From Gammaproteobacteria bacterium (lineage in GTDB: Bacteria; Pseudomonadota; Gammaproteobacteria; Ga0077536): a stretch of 64,000 nucleotides of DNA. The stretch lies in assembly GCA_050186725.1 (NCBI GenBank), contig JBFWYG010000007.1:732-64731 (forward strand), given 5' to 3'. A program made the position numbers and the translations under genes. Within the stretch, counting starts at the first letter, position 1, and every line of letters starts with the position of its first letter. The notes beneath the pieces are model-generated. The model did no database searches, was not told the DNA's origin, and saw only the letters and a list, made by a program, of their open reading frames with translations. This document shows positions 29,224 through 38,486 of this stretch, piece after piece.

Positions 29224-30245
29224 TCAAGCCCTGAAGTGCGGCATGACCTCCTCGGCGAACAGCGCGAGGTGCTCGTTCATGCGCTCGACCGGGTAGCCGG
29301 GCGGCACGGTCCACGAGTAGTAGCGCTCGATGCCGGTGGCTTCGACGTAGGCACCGATGATGTCCACCGCCTCGGTCGGCGTCACGCACTGGAGGATGCC
29401 GAGCCGCGCGAGGTCTTCGTCCGAGGCGAGCGGCGGAAACAGCGCCTGGCCGGCTTCGCCCAGCCACTGGTTGTAGACGTCTATCTGGTAACGCACGTGC
29501 GGCGCGACGGCGCGAAAGGTCTTGCGCGGCTCGCGGCTCGCGATGAGCCAGAAATGTCCGCCGGCCAGGCGCGGGGGGCCGGCACGGCCGCTCTCGGCCC
29601 AGGCGGCGCGGAACAGGCGCGACTGCTCGACCATGTCGGCCGTGCCGATGTAACCATCGCCCAGGCGCGCCGCGCGCCGCGCGGCGGCGGGGGCGAAACC
29701 GCCCACCCACAGGGGCGGCCGCGGTCGCTGGTGGGGCAGGGGCGTGAGGCGCACGCCGTCCAGGTGGTAATGGCGACCGTGGAAGGTCACCGACTCGCCG
29801 TCCCACAGGCGACGGATGACCTCGAGGCCCTCGTCCGTGCGTGATGCGCGCTCCGAGGTGCCGACCCCCAGCGCCGCGAACTCCTGCGGGCGGTAGCCGA
29901 CGCCCACCCCGAGTTCGAAGCGACCGCGGGACAGGAGATCGATGGCGGCGCCGTCCTCTGCCACCCGCACCGCGTGGTGCAGGGGCAGGAGCAGCACGCC
30001 CGTGCCGATGCGGATGCGCTGCGTGGTGGCGGCAACCGCGGCGGCCATGGGCAGGATCGATGGTGAATGGCCGTCGTCACAGAAATGGTGCTCGGTCAGC
30101 CACACATCGTCGTAGCCGATGGTCTCCGCCCAGGCGATCTGGCGCAGGTGGGCGGCGTAGAGATCCGCGTAGTCGACCTGCCAGGCCTGCGGATTGCGCA
30201 GCGAATACCACAGACCGAAACGCAGCCCCGAGCGTGCAGACATCA
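29224..30245 (-). CDS. LLM-class flavin-dependent oxidoreductase (luciferase-like monooxygenase)
   Basis: Motifs WLTEHHF, RIRIGTGV and GRFELGVGVGY are present. Start at MMSARSG. Confidence 0.8.
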
Positions 30246-30303
30246 TGACTCTCCCCAGAGGAATGGTGCCGATTCTAGGAAGGCGCGCGCGGGCGGCCAA
30301 GCC

Positions 30304-31068
30304 TCAGCGTGCGAGCGCGGCGGCGATGCCGGCCTCGTGGAAGTAGGCAAGCGGCACCTTGAACACCTCGGCGATGCGCTCCGCGCTCAGCACCCGCGCG
30401 GGCGTATCGCACAGCGGCGCGCGATCTTCGGTCAGCAGCAGCAGGCGATCGCAGTGACGCGCGGCGATGTTCAGGTCGTGCAGCACGACGAGCGCCGCGC
30501 CGCGGTCGCGCGCATGGCCGCGCAGCGCGGCGAGGATGTCGAGCTGGTAGCGTGGGTCCAGGTTCGCGATGGGTTCGTCGGCCAGCAGCAGGCGATGCTC
30601 CCCTGCGAGCAGGCGGGCGACATGGACCCGCGCGAGCTCGCCGCCGGACAGGCGATCCGCGCGCCGCGTCGCCAGCGCTTCCAGGCCGCAGGTCTGCATC
30701 GCGCGGGTCACGGCGTTGTGATCGGCGCTGCTGAGGCGCTCGAGGGACGCCCCGTGGGCGAGCCGACCCAGCGCGACCACGGTCCGCACCGCGAGCGGCC
30801 AGTGCAGCACCGCCTGCTGCGGGTGGTAGCCGACCTGCCGCGCGCGTGACGCGGGTGTCAGCCCGAGCAGGGGCGCGCCGTCCAGGCACAGCGTGCCGCG
30901 CGCCGGCGCCTCGAGACCGGCGAGCACGCGCAGCAGGCTCGACTTGCCCGCGCCGTTCGGCCCGATCACCCCGAGCGTCTCGCCTTCCTCCACGCTCAGA
31001 TCGAGCCCCGTGAGCAGCGGCCTTCCGCCGCGGGCGATATCCACGCCGCGGAGTTCCAGCACGCTCAT
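30304..31068 (-). CDS. ABC transporter ATP-binding protein (iron-siderophore/heme/B12 FecE-HmuV type)
   Basis: Walker A (GPNGAGKSSLL), the signature LSGGE and Walker B (LLLADEP) are present. 254 aa, with an ATGA overlap to the permease. Confidence 0.85.
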   Translation of the reverse strand: MSVLELRGVDIARGGRPLLTGLDLSVEEGETLGVIGPNGAGKSSLLRVLAGLEAPARGTLCLDGAPLLGLTPASRARQVGYHPQQAVLHWPLAVRTVVALGRLAHGASLERLSSADHNAVTRAMQTCGLEALATRRADRLSGGELARVHVARLLAGEHRLLLADEPIANLDPRYQLDILAALRGHARDRGAALVVLHDLNIAARHCDRLLLLTEDRAPLCDTPARVLSAERIAEVFKVPLAYFHEAGIAAALAR

Positions 31069-32054
31069 GCGCCGCCACTCCGCGCGCGCAGCACCAGGCG
31101 CAGGAAGAAGGGCGCGCCGAGCAGGGCGGTGACCACGCCGAGTTTGAGCTCGCCACCGGCGAGCGGCACGCGCGTGCCGAGATCGGCGGCGAGCGTCAGC
31201 GCCGCGCCGCCGAAGGCGCTCGGCAGCACCAGCGCGCCCGGCCGGTGGTCGACCCACGGACGCAGCAGGTGCGGCACCACGAGACCCACGAAACCAATCA
31301 CGCCGCTCACCGACACCGCCGCGCCCACCGCCAGCGCGCTGCCGGCGATGATGCGCGCGCGCACCGCGCCGAGCCGGATGCCGAGGCTCGCGGCGGTGTC
31401 CTCGCCGAGCGACAGCGCGTCCAGCGCGCGTCGGCCACTCAGCAGCAGCATCCAGCCGAGCGCCATGAAGGGCAGCGCCAGCAGCACGTGATCGAAACTG
31501 CGATTGGCCAGCGAGCCGAGTAGCCAGAAATAGATCTCGAAGGCGGCGAAGGGATTGGGCGAGAGGTTCAGCACCAGCGTGGTGAGCGCGCCGCACAGGC
31601 TGTTGATCGCGACGCCGGCCAGGATCACCGTGACCATGTCGGCGCCGCGGCCGGCCAGGCCCTGCAACACGGCCACCGCCAGTAGCGCGCCGAACATGCC
31701 GCTCGCCGGCAGCAGCCAGAAGGCGCCGCTCGCGAGACCGCTGTAGAAGGCGATCACCGCGCCCAGCGCCGCGCCGCCGGACACGCCGATGATGCCGGGC
31801 TCGGACAGCGGATTGCGCAGCAGCCCCTGCAGCGCGGCGCCGGCCGCGCCGAGGCTCATGCCTACCATCACGCCGAGCAGCGCGCGGGGCAGGCGGATCT
31901 CGCGCAGGATGAGCGTGGTGGGCGAGTCGTCATCAGGCGTCAGCAGCGCGGCCAACGCGCTGGGCGGAATGAAACTCGGGCCGACCGACAGCGCGGCCAG
32001 GAACAGCAGCGCGGTGAGCGCGACCAGCGTCGGCAGCAGCGCACGGCTGTTCAT
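31065..32054 (-). CDS. FecCD-family ABC permease
   Basis: It has about 9 TM segments and the FecCD signature region. Start MNSRALL. Confidence 0.85.
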   Translation of the reverse strand: MNSRALLPTLVALTALLFLAALSVGPSFIPPSALAALLTPDDDSPTTLILREIRLPRALLGVMVGMSLGAAGAALQGLLRNPLSEPGIIGVSGGAALGAVIAFYSGLASGAFWLLPASGMFGALLAVAVLQGLAGRGADMVTVILAGVAINSLCGALTTLVLNLSPNPFAAFEIYFWLLGSLANRSFDHVLLALPFMALGWMLLLSGRRALDALSLGEDTAASLGIRLGAVRARIIAGSALAVGAAVSVSGVIGFVGLVVPHLLRPWVDHRPGALVLPSAFGGAALTLAADLGTRVPLAGGELKLGVVTALLGAPFFLRLVLRARSGGA

Positions 32055-32923
32055 GGCCGCGCCTCGCGCAGCTGCGCGACGGCCTCGGCGTTGAAGCTGC
32101 CGGGGCAGGTCCATAGCGCTTCGTCCAGCTCGGCGCGCCGCACCGGGTGTTCGCGCCGCGCGAACAGCGCGCGCAGCGCCGGTGCGTCGAGCTGCGCTTC
32201 GGCAAGGGAGGGCGCGGCCGCGCTGCGGCGACTGAACACCAGGACGTCCGGCGCGTGCAGCACCACGCGTTCCAGATCGAGATAGCCGCCATGGGTGAGG
32301 CCGATCCGCGCGGCGACGTTCTCGAGCCCCGCGTGGCGGAGCACGTCGTTCATCAGCGAGTCGGTGCCCTGCACGAAGCCGTTCGGCTGGTAGACCAGCG
32401 CGCTGCGCGGCGGGCTGGGCGCCGGCTGCGCGAGCGCCTGGTCGAGTCGCGCCAGCAGGCTCGCGGCGCGCGCCGTGGCGTCGAGCCGCGCGGCCACGCG
32501 TTCGAGCGTCTCGCGATAGTCGACGAAGCGGGCGGCGATCGGTACGGCCAGCACTTCCACGCCGACCCGCTCGAGCAGGTGGCTGGCATAGGCGGCGCTG
32601 CCCTGGTCGGTGAGCACCAGGTCCGGCGCCGCGGCCAGCACTTCCTCCACCGCGCCATGATTCACCGCCAGGCGCGCGGCGCGCGCCGCGAACGGGCTCA
32701 GGTTCGGATCGCGCGACAGCGAGGTGACCGAGACGATGCGCGCGTCATCGACGAGTTCGAACAGCAGGCTGTCGGTGCACAGATTCAACGACGCGACGCG
32801 CGCCGGCGCGGCGCCCGCGCCGCCCACCGGCAGCGCGAGCGCGCCCAGCAGGACTAGCGCGCGGCGCGCCGACGCCGCACGGCGTCGGCCAGCTCGTGCA
32901 GCAGCGGCTCGGTCGTGTCCCAT
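32051..32923 (-). CDS. periplasmic substrate-binding protein (BtuF/FhuD-like, class III SBP)
   Basis: A signal-like N-terminus and a cluster-A SBP layout are present. The annotated ATG gives a 70-nt overlap with the DAHP synthase upstream, so the start is uncertain. Confidence 0.6.
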   Translation of the reverse strand: MGHDRAAAARAGRRRAASARRALVLLGALALPVGGAGAAPARVASLNLCTDSLLFELVDDARIVSVTSLSRDPNLSPFAARAARLAVNHGAVEEVLAAAPDLVLTDQGSAAYASHLLERVGVEVLAVPIAARFVDYRETLERVAARLDATARAASLLARLDQALAQPAPSPPRSALVYQPNGFVQGTDSLMNDVLRHAGLENVAARIGLTHGGYLDLERVVLHAPDVLVFSRRSAAAPSLAEAQLDAPALRALFARREHPVRRAELDEALWTCPGSFNAEAVAQLREARP

Positions 32924-33915
32924 GACATGCAGGCGTCGGTGATGCTCTGGCCATAGACCAGCGGGGTGGCGTCGGTGTGGTTCTGCTTGCCTTCCTTGAG
33001 ATGGCTTTCGAGCATCACGCCCATGATGGTGTGCGCGCCGCCGGCGATCTGCGCGGCGACCTCGCGCGTGACGTCGGGCTGCTTGCGATGGTCCTTGCGA
33101 CTGTTGCCGTGGCTGCAGTCCACCATCAGCCGATCGTCGAGACCCGCCGCGCGCAGCGCCGCCGCGGCCGCCGCGATCGAGGGCGCGTCATGGTTGGGAC
33201 CGGCGTTGGAACCGCGCAGGATGAGGTGACAGGTGTCGTTGCCGCGGGTGCTGACGATGGCCGCGATGCTCTGCTTGGTCACCGACAGGAAATGATGGGG
33301 GTGGCGGGCGGCGCCGATGGCGTCGACCGCCACCTGCACGCTGCCGTCGGTGCCGTTCTTGAAGCCGATGGGCATCGACGAGCCCGAGGCCAGCTCGCGG
33401 TGGATCTGGCTCTCGGTGGTGCGCGCGCCGATGGCGCCCCAGGCCATCAGGTCGGCGACGAACTGCGGCGTGATCACGTCGAGGAATTCGGAGCCCGCGG
33501 GCATGCCGCGATGGGCGAGGTCGAGCAGCAGGCGGCGCGCGGCGCGGAGCCCGTTGTTGATGTCGAAGGTACCGTCGAGATGCGGGTCGTTGATGAGCCC
33601 CTTCCAGCCGATGGTGGTGCGTGGCTTTTCGAAGTAGACGCGCATCACGATGCACAAGTCCGCGGCCAGCGCGCGCTTGGCGGCCTGCAGGTGATCGGCG
33701 TACTCCAGCGCCGCCTTCGGGTCGTGGATCGAGCACGGGCCGGTGACCACCAGCAGGCGATCGTCCTGGCCGCGCACGATGGCCTCGGCTTCGCGGCGCG
33801 CCTGGTTGACGGTGGTGGACGCCTGTTCGGAGACCGGCAGTTCCTCCATCAGGATGGCCGGCGGAATCAACGGACGGTAACCGGCGATGCGTTCGTCGTC
33901 GGTGCTGTGAAACAT
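32854..33915 (-). CDS. 3-deoxy-7-phosphoheptulonate (DAHP) synthase, class I (AroG/F/H type)
   Basis: Motifs LLVVTGPCSIHD, KPRT, GARTTESQ and CSHGNS are present. 353 aa. Confidence 0.85.
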   Translation of the reverse strand: MFHSTDDERIAGYRPLIPPAILMEELPVSEQASTTVNQARREAEAIVRGQDDRLLVVTGPCSIHDPKAALEYADHLQAAKRALAADLCIVMRVYFEKPRTTIGWKGLINDPHLDGTFDINNGLRAARRLLLDLAHRGMPAGSEFLDVITPQFVADLMAWGAIGARTTESQIHRELASGSSMPIGFKNGTDGSVQVAVDAIGAARHPHHFLSVTKQSIAAIVSTRGNDTCHLILRGSNAGPNHDAPSIAAAAAALRAAGLDDRLMVDCSHGNSRKDHRKQPDVTREVAAQIAGGAHTIMGVMLESHLKEGKQNHTDATPLVYGQSITDACMSWDTTEPLLHELADAVRRRRAAR

Positions 33916-33995
33916 GGCAGAGGAGCTCCAGGGGCGGCGTCAGCGGGCCGTGCATGATAAAGCGGCACCAGATCCGATGCCAGTTGAAGGCGGCC

Positions 33996-36119
33996 TCAGG
34001 CGGCGAGCAGGCGCGTGCCGAAGTGATACGCGCCGTAGGCGCCGAGGTAGCCGAGCGAGGTCATGTAGAACCAGGCCAGCGCCGGCCAGCGCCAGGTGCC
34101 GGTCTCGCGGCGCATGACCGCGATGGTCGACACGCATTGCAGGCACAGCGCGTAGAAGATCAGCAGGCCGATCACCATCGGCAAGGTATAGACCGGCGTG
34201 CCGTCGGCGTGTCGCGCGGCACGGATGCGGGCGGTGAGCGTGCCCTCGACATCATCGGCGGCGCTGTCCACGGCGTAGATCGTGCCGAGCGCCGCGATCA
34301 CCACCTCGCGGGCGGGAAAGGATGCGATCACCGCGGCCGTCACCTTCCAGTCCCAGCCGAGCGGCTCGAACAGCGGCGTTACGCTGCGCGACATGCGTCC
34401 CAGGTAGCTGTCGGACAGTCGCTGCGCGGCGTGCTCGGCATCGGCGGGCGCGCCGCTCGGCGCCGTGTCCCGCGGGAATGACGCGAGCGCCCAGACCACC
34501 AGTGCCACGCAGAAGATGATGGTGCCGGCGCGCTGCAGGAACACCACCGCGCGCGACAGCAGCTTGGTCAGCACGGCGCGAAGGTTGGGCATGCGGTAGG
34601 GCGGCATCTCCAGCAGGAAGCGCGCCTTGGCGCGCGACCAGAACAGGCGGCTGATGAGCCAGGCGGTGAAGGCACCGCCGACGATGCCGAGCATGTAGAG
34701 CCCGAACAGCACCATCCCCTGCAGGTTGATCAGGCCGCCAAGAAAGCGCTGGTCGGGGACGAAGGCCGCGATCAGGAGCGAATACACCGGCAGACGCGCT
34801 GAGCAGGTCATGAAGGGCGCGGCCATGATGGTCGCGAGGCGATCGTGGCGGTTGGCGATCACCCGCGTGCCCATGATGCCCGGCACCGCGCACGCGAAGC
34901 TCGACAGCATGGGAATGAAGGACTGCCCGGAGAGCCCGAGGCCGCGCATGGCGCGATCCATGAGGAAGGCCGCGCGCGCCATGTAGCCGGTGTCTTCCAG
35001 GATGATGATGAAGGTGAAGAGAATCAGGATCTGCGGCAGGAACACCACCACGCTGCCGACGCCGGCGATCACCCCTTCGGCGATGAAGCTGGACAGGAGA
35101 CCCGGCGTCATGCGGCTGCTGACCGCTTCGCCCAGCACGCCGGTCAGGTAGTCGATGGCGTCGACCAGCGGCGTCGCCCAGGCGAACACCGCCTGGAACA
35201 CCGCCGCCATCACCAGCACGAACAGCGCGGTGCCGAGCACCGGGTGGTTCAGCACGCGGTCGGCGGCGTCCAGCGCCGCGCGGCGCGGCGCTGGACCGCG
35301 CTCCTCGATGCCCTTCAGCTGCGCCTGGATCCAGCTGTAGCGATCGCGCGCCTCGAGGGTCGCGAGGCTGCGACCGCCGCCGACCTGCTGGCGAAGCTCG
35401 GCCAGCATGGGTTCCAGCGCCGCGCCGACCCGTTGCGTGAGTCTCTGCTCGGCGTAACCGCCGGCATCGATCAAGGCGCGACGCAGTTCGATGCCGCTCG
35501 CCTGCACGCCGAGTTCACCCAAGCGACGCGTGAGTTCGGTGACGGCGTCTTCCAGTGCCGGCGTCAGTACCAGGTGCGGCGCGCGCGGCTCGCGCAGGAT
35601 CTCGTCCAGGGCGCGCTTCAAGGCGTCGATGCCTTCGCCACGCGCGGCGGCGATGGGCACCACCGGCACGCCCAGGCGCTCAGCCAGCGCGTGGACGTCG
35701 ATGCGCACGCCTTCCTGTTCCAGGCGATCGACCATGTTCAGCGCGATCACCGCCGGCACGCCGGCCTCCAGCACCTGGCTTGCCAGGAACAGGTTGCGGC
35801 GCAGGTTGGTGGCGTCGACCACGATCACCACGGCGGAGGGATGGGGCAGGCCTTCGATGCCGCCGCGCAGCACGTCGACCGCGATCATCTCGTCGGGCGA
35901 GGCGGCGGCCAGGGAATAGGTGCCGGGCACGTCCACCAGGCGCACGCTGCGGCCGCCGACCTCGGTGCTGCCGGACACCTGTTCGACCGTCACGCCCGGA
36001 TAGTTGCCGACCTTCTGCTTCAAGCCGGTCAGGCAGTTGAACAGCGTGCTCTTGCCGGTATTCGGATTGCCGAGGGTGACGACGACGGGGCTCGCGTCGA
36101 CGGCGGGCTGGGCGCTCAT
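33996..36119 (-). CDS. feoB: ferrous iron transporter B
   Basis: An N-terminal G-domain (GNPNTGKSTLFN) followed by a polytopic membrane domain. 707 aa. Confidence 0.9.
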   Translation of the reverse strand: MSAQPAVDASPVVVTLGNPNTGKSTLFNCLTGLKQKVGNYPGVTVEQVSGSTEVGGRSVRLVDVPGTYSLAAASPDEMIAVDVLRGGIEGLPHPSAVVIVVDATNLRRNLFLASQVLEAGVPAVIALNMVDRLEQEGVRIDVHALAERLGVPVVPIAAARGEGIDALKRALDEILREPRAPHLVLTPALEDAVTELTRRLGELGVQASGIELRRALIDAGGYAEQRLTQRVGAALEPMLAELRQQVGGGRSLATLEARDRYSWIQAQLKGIEERGPAPRRAALDAADRVLNHPVLGTALFVLVMAAVFQAVFAWATPLVDAIDYLTGVLGEAVSSRMTPGLLSSFIAEGVIAGVGSVVVFLPQILILFTFIIILEDTGYMARAAFLMDRAMRGLGLSGQSFIPMLSSFACAVPGIMGTRVIANRHDRLATIMAAPFMTCSARLPVYSLLIAAFVPDQRFLGGLINLQGMVLFGLYMLGIVGGAFTAWLISRLFWSRAKARFLLEMPPYRMPNLRAVLTKLLSRAVVFLQRAGTIIFCVALVVWALASFPRDTAPSGAPADAEHAAQRLSDSYLGRMSRSVTPLFEPLGWDWKVTAAVIASFPAREVVIAALGTIYAVDSAADDVEGTLTARIRAARHADGTPVYTLPMVIGLLIFYALCLQCVSTIAVMRRETGTWRWPALAWFYMTSLGYLGAYGAYHFGTRLLAA

Positions 36120-36128
36120 GCGAGGGCC

Positions 36129-36362
36129 TCAGTCGCGGCGGGCGATCAGGACATTGGCGGCTTCCGAGCCGCGCAGCGACAGGGCGTAGCCCAGCACGCG
36201 GACTTCCAGCGGGTCACCCGCCGGCGCGTAGCGCAGCACTTCCACCTCCGCGCCTTCGACCACGCCCATCTGCATCAGGCGCTGGGCGAGTTCGTCTTCC
36301 TGCACGAAGCCTTCCACGACCCCGAACTCGCCGGGTTTGAGGCTCGCGAGCGTGACGCTCAT
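36129..36362 (-). CDS. feoA: FeoA family protein
   Basis: 77 aa with an SH3-like FeoA fold pattern. It lies directly upstream of feoB. Confidence 0.7.
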   Translation of the reverse strand: MSVTLASLKPGEFGVVEGFVQEDELAQRLMQMGVVEGAEVEVLRYAPAGDPLEVRVLGYALSLRGSEAANVLIARRD

Positions 36363-36622
36363 GAGCGACGCAGCAGGGACAGCAGCGAACGGCGCGGACG
36401 CGGTTCCGGCGCGACGTGGATGCGCGCCGCCTCGGCGCCGTTGATCGCCCAGCGTTCGTTGTCGATGCCGATCAGCACCGGGTCGCCGGCGCGCAGCACG
36501 CCGAGCAAGGTGCCGGGCACGATGCCGCGGGCGGCGAGGCGCGCGGTGGTCTGGGGGTCGTCGGCGTCGATGGCGACGATGGTGGCGCGGTCGCCGTGCT
36601 GGAGCTTGGATAGGGTCACCAC
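36359..36622 (-). CDS. feoA: FeoA family protein (second copy)
   Basis: 87 aa, with an ATGA overlap to the next feoA. Confidence 0.7.
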   Translation of the reverse strand: MVTLSKLQHGDRATIVAIDADDPQTTARLAARGIVPGTLLGVLRAGDPVLIGIDNERWAINGAEAARIHVAPEPRPRRSLLSLLRRS

Positions 36623-36667
36623 GTTGCCTCGATCCTGGTGCGGCGAGCGGATTTGCTCACGGCGCGT

Positions 36668-36686
36668 GAATAGTAATTATTCGCAG
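36668..36686. promoter_or_regulatory. putative Fur box (GAATAGTAATTATTCGCAG) upstream of feoA-feoA-feoB
   Basis: A near-palindromic AT-rich 19-mer resembling GATAATGATAATCATTATC, about 45 bp upstream of the first feoA start. Confidence 0.45.
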
Positions 36687-36733
36687 TTACCTTAGCAACA
36701 TAGCGCGCCGAGCGGCGCGCGTCTTGAGCGGGA

Positions 36734-38473
36734 TCAATGTCCGCCGCGCCGGGTGCCGAGCCGGTAGTAGGGGGCGACCTCCGGCGCGCGGTTCTCCGCG
36801 TGCAGTTCCTTGATGCCGCGCCACCAGGCGGCGGTGAGCATGTCGCCGTGCTGCTCGAGAAAGGACTGCTTGAGTCGATCCTCCATGGGCAGGAAGCGGA
36901 TGAACTCCTCGGGAAAGATGTCCCGCGGCCCGACGTAGAACCAGTTCTCCGCGCTCATCTCGTCTTCCAGGCTGTCCGTCTCCGGCAGGTCGCGGAACTG
37001 GCATTCGGTGACCAGGCACAGTTCGTCGTAGTCGTAGAAGATCACGCGCCCATGGCGCGACACGCCGAAGTTCTTCAGCAGGAGGTCACCGGCAAAGATA
37101 TTCGTCATGGCGAGGTCCTTGATCGCCTGACCGTAGTCCAGGATCGCCGCGCGCGCCTCCTCGTAGGGATACTGCTGCAGGTAGATGTTGAGCGGCGTCA
37201 CGCGCCGTTCGGAGTAGAGGTGATCGATGACCAGCAGATCGCCCTCGATGCGCACCGCCTGCGCGGTGCTGGTCAGCAGTTCCTCGAGCAGTTCCGGCGC
37301 GAACTTCGCCAGCGGGAACTCGATGTTGCGGAACTCCTGGGTGTCGATCAGGCGACCGGCGCGATCGTGGTTGAACACGAACTTGTACTTCTTCTTCACC
37401 TCCTCGTGACTGATGTTCTTCGGAAAGCCGAAGCTGTCGCGAATGACCTTGAACACCAGGTCGTAGGAGGGCAGGGTGAAGACCAGCATCACCAGGCCGC
37501 GATCGCCGGCCGCGTGGATGAACTGGTCGTCGCAGGCCTTCAAGTGGTGGAAGAAGCTGCGGTAGCGCTCGGTCTTGCCCTGGCGCGCGCGGCCGAGGAT
37601 GGTGTAGAGCTCGTCCAGCGGCTTGCGCGGCATCATCGCCTTGATGAAGTACACGGCGCCTTCGACCGGCTCGACGTCGACCATGAAGTACGAGCGGGTG
37701 AAGCCGAACAGCACGGAGACGTCGTCGCTGGACGTCAGCACGGCTTCGACGCGAATGCCGGCGGACGTGTTCTCGAAGGCCAGCACGAAAGGTGCGTTGC
37801 GCTTCGCCCAGAACATCTTGCCGACCACGAAAGCGCGGCTCGACTGGTAGAACACGTCGTGCATGACCTCGACCCGGCGCAGCACCTCGTCGGGTGAACC
37901 GTCGCCGCCGACCACCCGCTCGATCTCCGCGCAGACGAAGTCGACGTCGGCTTCGATATCGAGGTAGGGCGTGCGAAACGCGAAGTCGTCGAGCAGCCGA
38001 CGCACGATGCCCCGTACGCTGCTCCAGTTGAGATAGTTGTGCTGACGCGCCGGGTAGCGCAGCGGCGCCTCGGCGGCGACCACGTCGGCGGTGTCGGAGA
38101 CCTGGGTCGGGTCCAGGTTCAGATCGCGCAGGATGTCGCGATGCACCGAGTTGAAGAAGGTCTTGGCGAACTCGCCGTCGGGAATGTCGTCCAGGCGGCT
38201 CCAGTACATCGCGCGGATGGCGGGCCATTCCGGCAGCAGGTCACCCTGGACCGGGAACAGCTTGCGCAGCGTGGCCAGCGTGCGTGACACCGACTTCTCG
38301 TAGAGCTCGATACGCTCGGCGAGATCGTTGCGGGCGCCGGCCCAGTCGCGCTGCTCGAAGCGCGTGCGCGCGCGCTGGGTGATGCGCCGGAAATTGTTGT
38401 TGTAGTTGACGAAGCCTTCGTGGATCGCGGCAGCGGCCTGCCGGATCCACGGGTGGGTCTCGGGCGCGTTCAA
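36734..38473 (-). CDS. aceK: isocitrate dehydrogenase kinase/phosphatase
   Basis: 579 aa with global similarity to AceK (kinase-like C-terminal domain, FRNIEFP, DYDE). Confidence 0.9.
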   Translation of the reverse strand: MNAPETHPWIRQAAAAIHEGFVNYNNNFRRITQRARTRFEQRDWAGARNDLAERIELYEKSVSRTLATLRKLFPVQGDLLPEWPAIRAMYWSRLDDIPDGEFAKTFFNSVHRDILRDLNLDPTQVSDTADVVAAEAPLRYPARQHNYLNWSSVRGIVRRLLDDFAFRTPYLDIEADVDFVCAEIERVVGGDGSPDEVLRRVEVMHDVFYQSSRAFVVGKMFWAKRNAPFVLAFENTSAGIRVEAVLTSSDDVSVLFGFTRSYFMVDVEPVEGAVYFIKAMMPRKPLDELYTILGRARQGKTERYRSFFHHLKACDDQFIHAAGDRGLVMLVFTLPSYDLVFKVIRDSFGFPKNISHEEVKKKYKFVFNHDRAGRLIDTQEFRNIEFPLAKFAPELLEELLTSTAQAVRIEGDLLVIDHLYSERRVTPLNIYLQQYPYEEARAAILDYGQAIKDLAMTNIFAGDLLLKNFGVSRHGRVIFYDYDELCLVTECQFRDLPETDSLEDEMSAENWFYVGPRDIFPEEFIRFLPMEDRLKQSFLEQHGDMLTAAWWRGIKELHAENRAPEVAPYYRLGTRRGGH

Positions 38474-38486
38474 TTGAACGCGACGC

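Noticed and set aside
30304-31596. 430-aa minus ORF extending the ABC ATPase upstream through the permease
   Set aside because: The upstream 176 aa are out-of-frame permease sequence. The true ATPase starts at MSVLELRG (31068) with an ATGA overlap.
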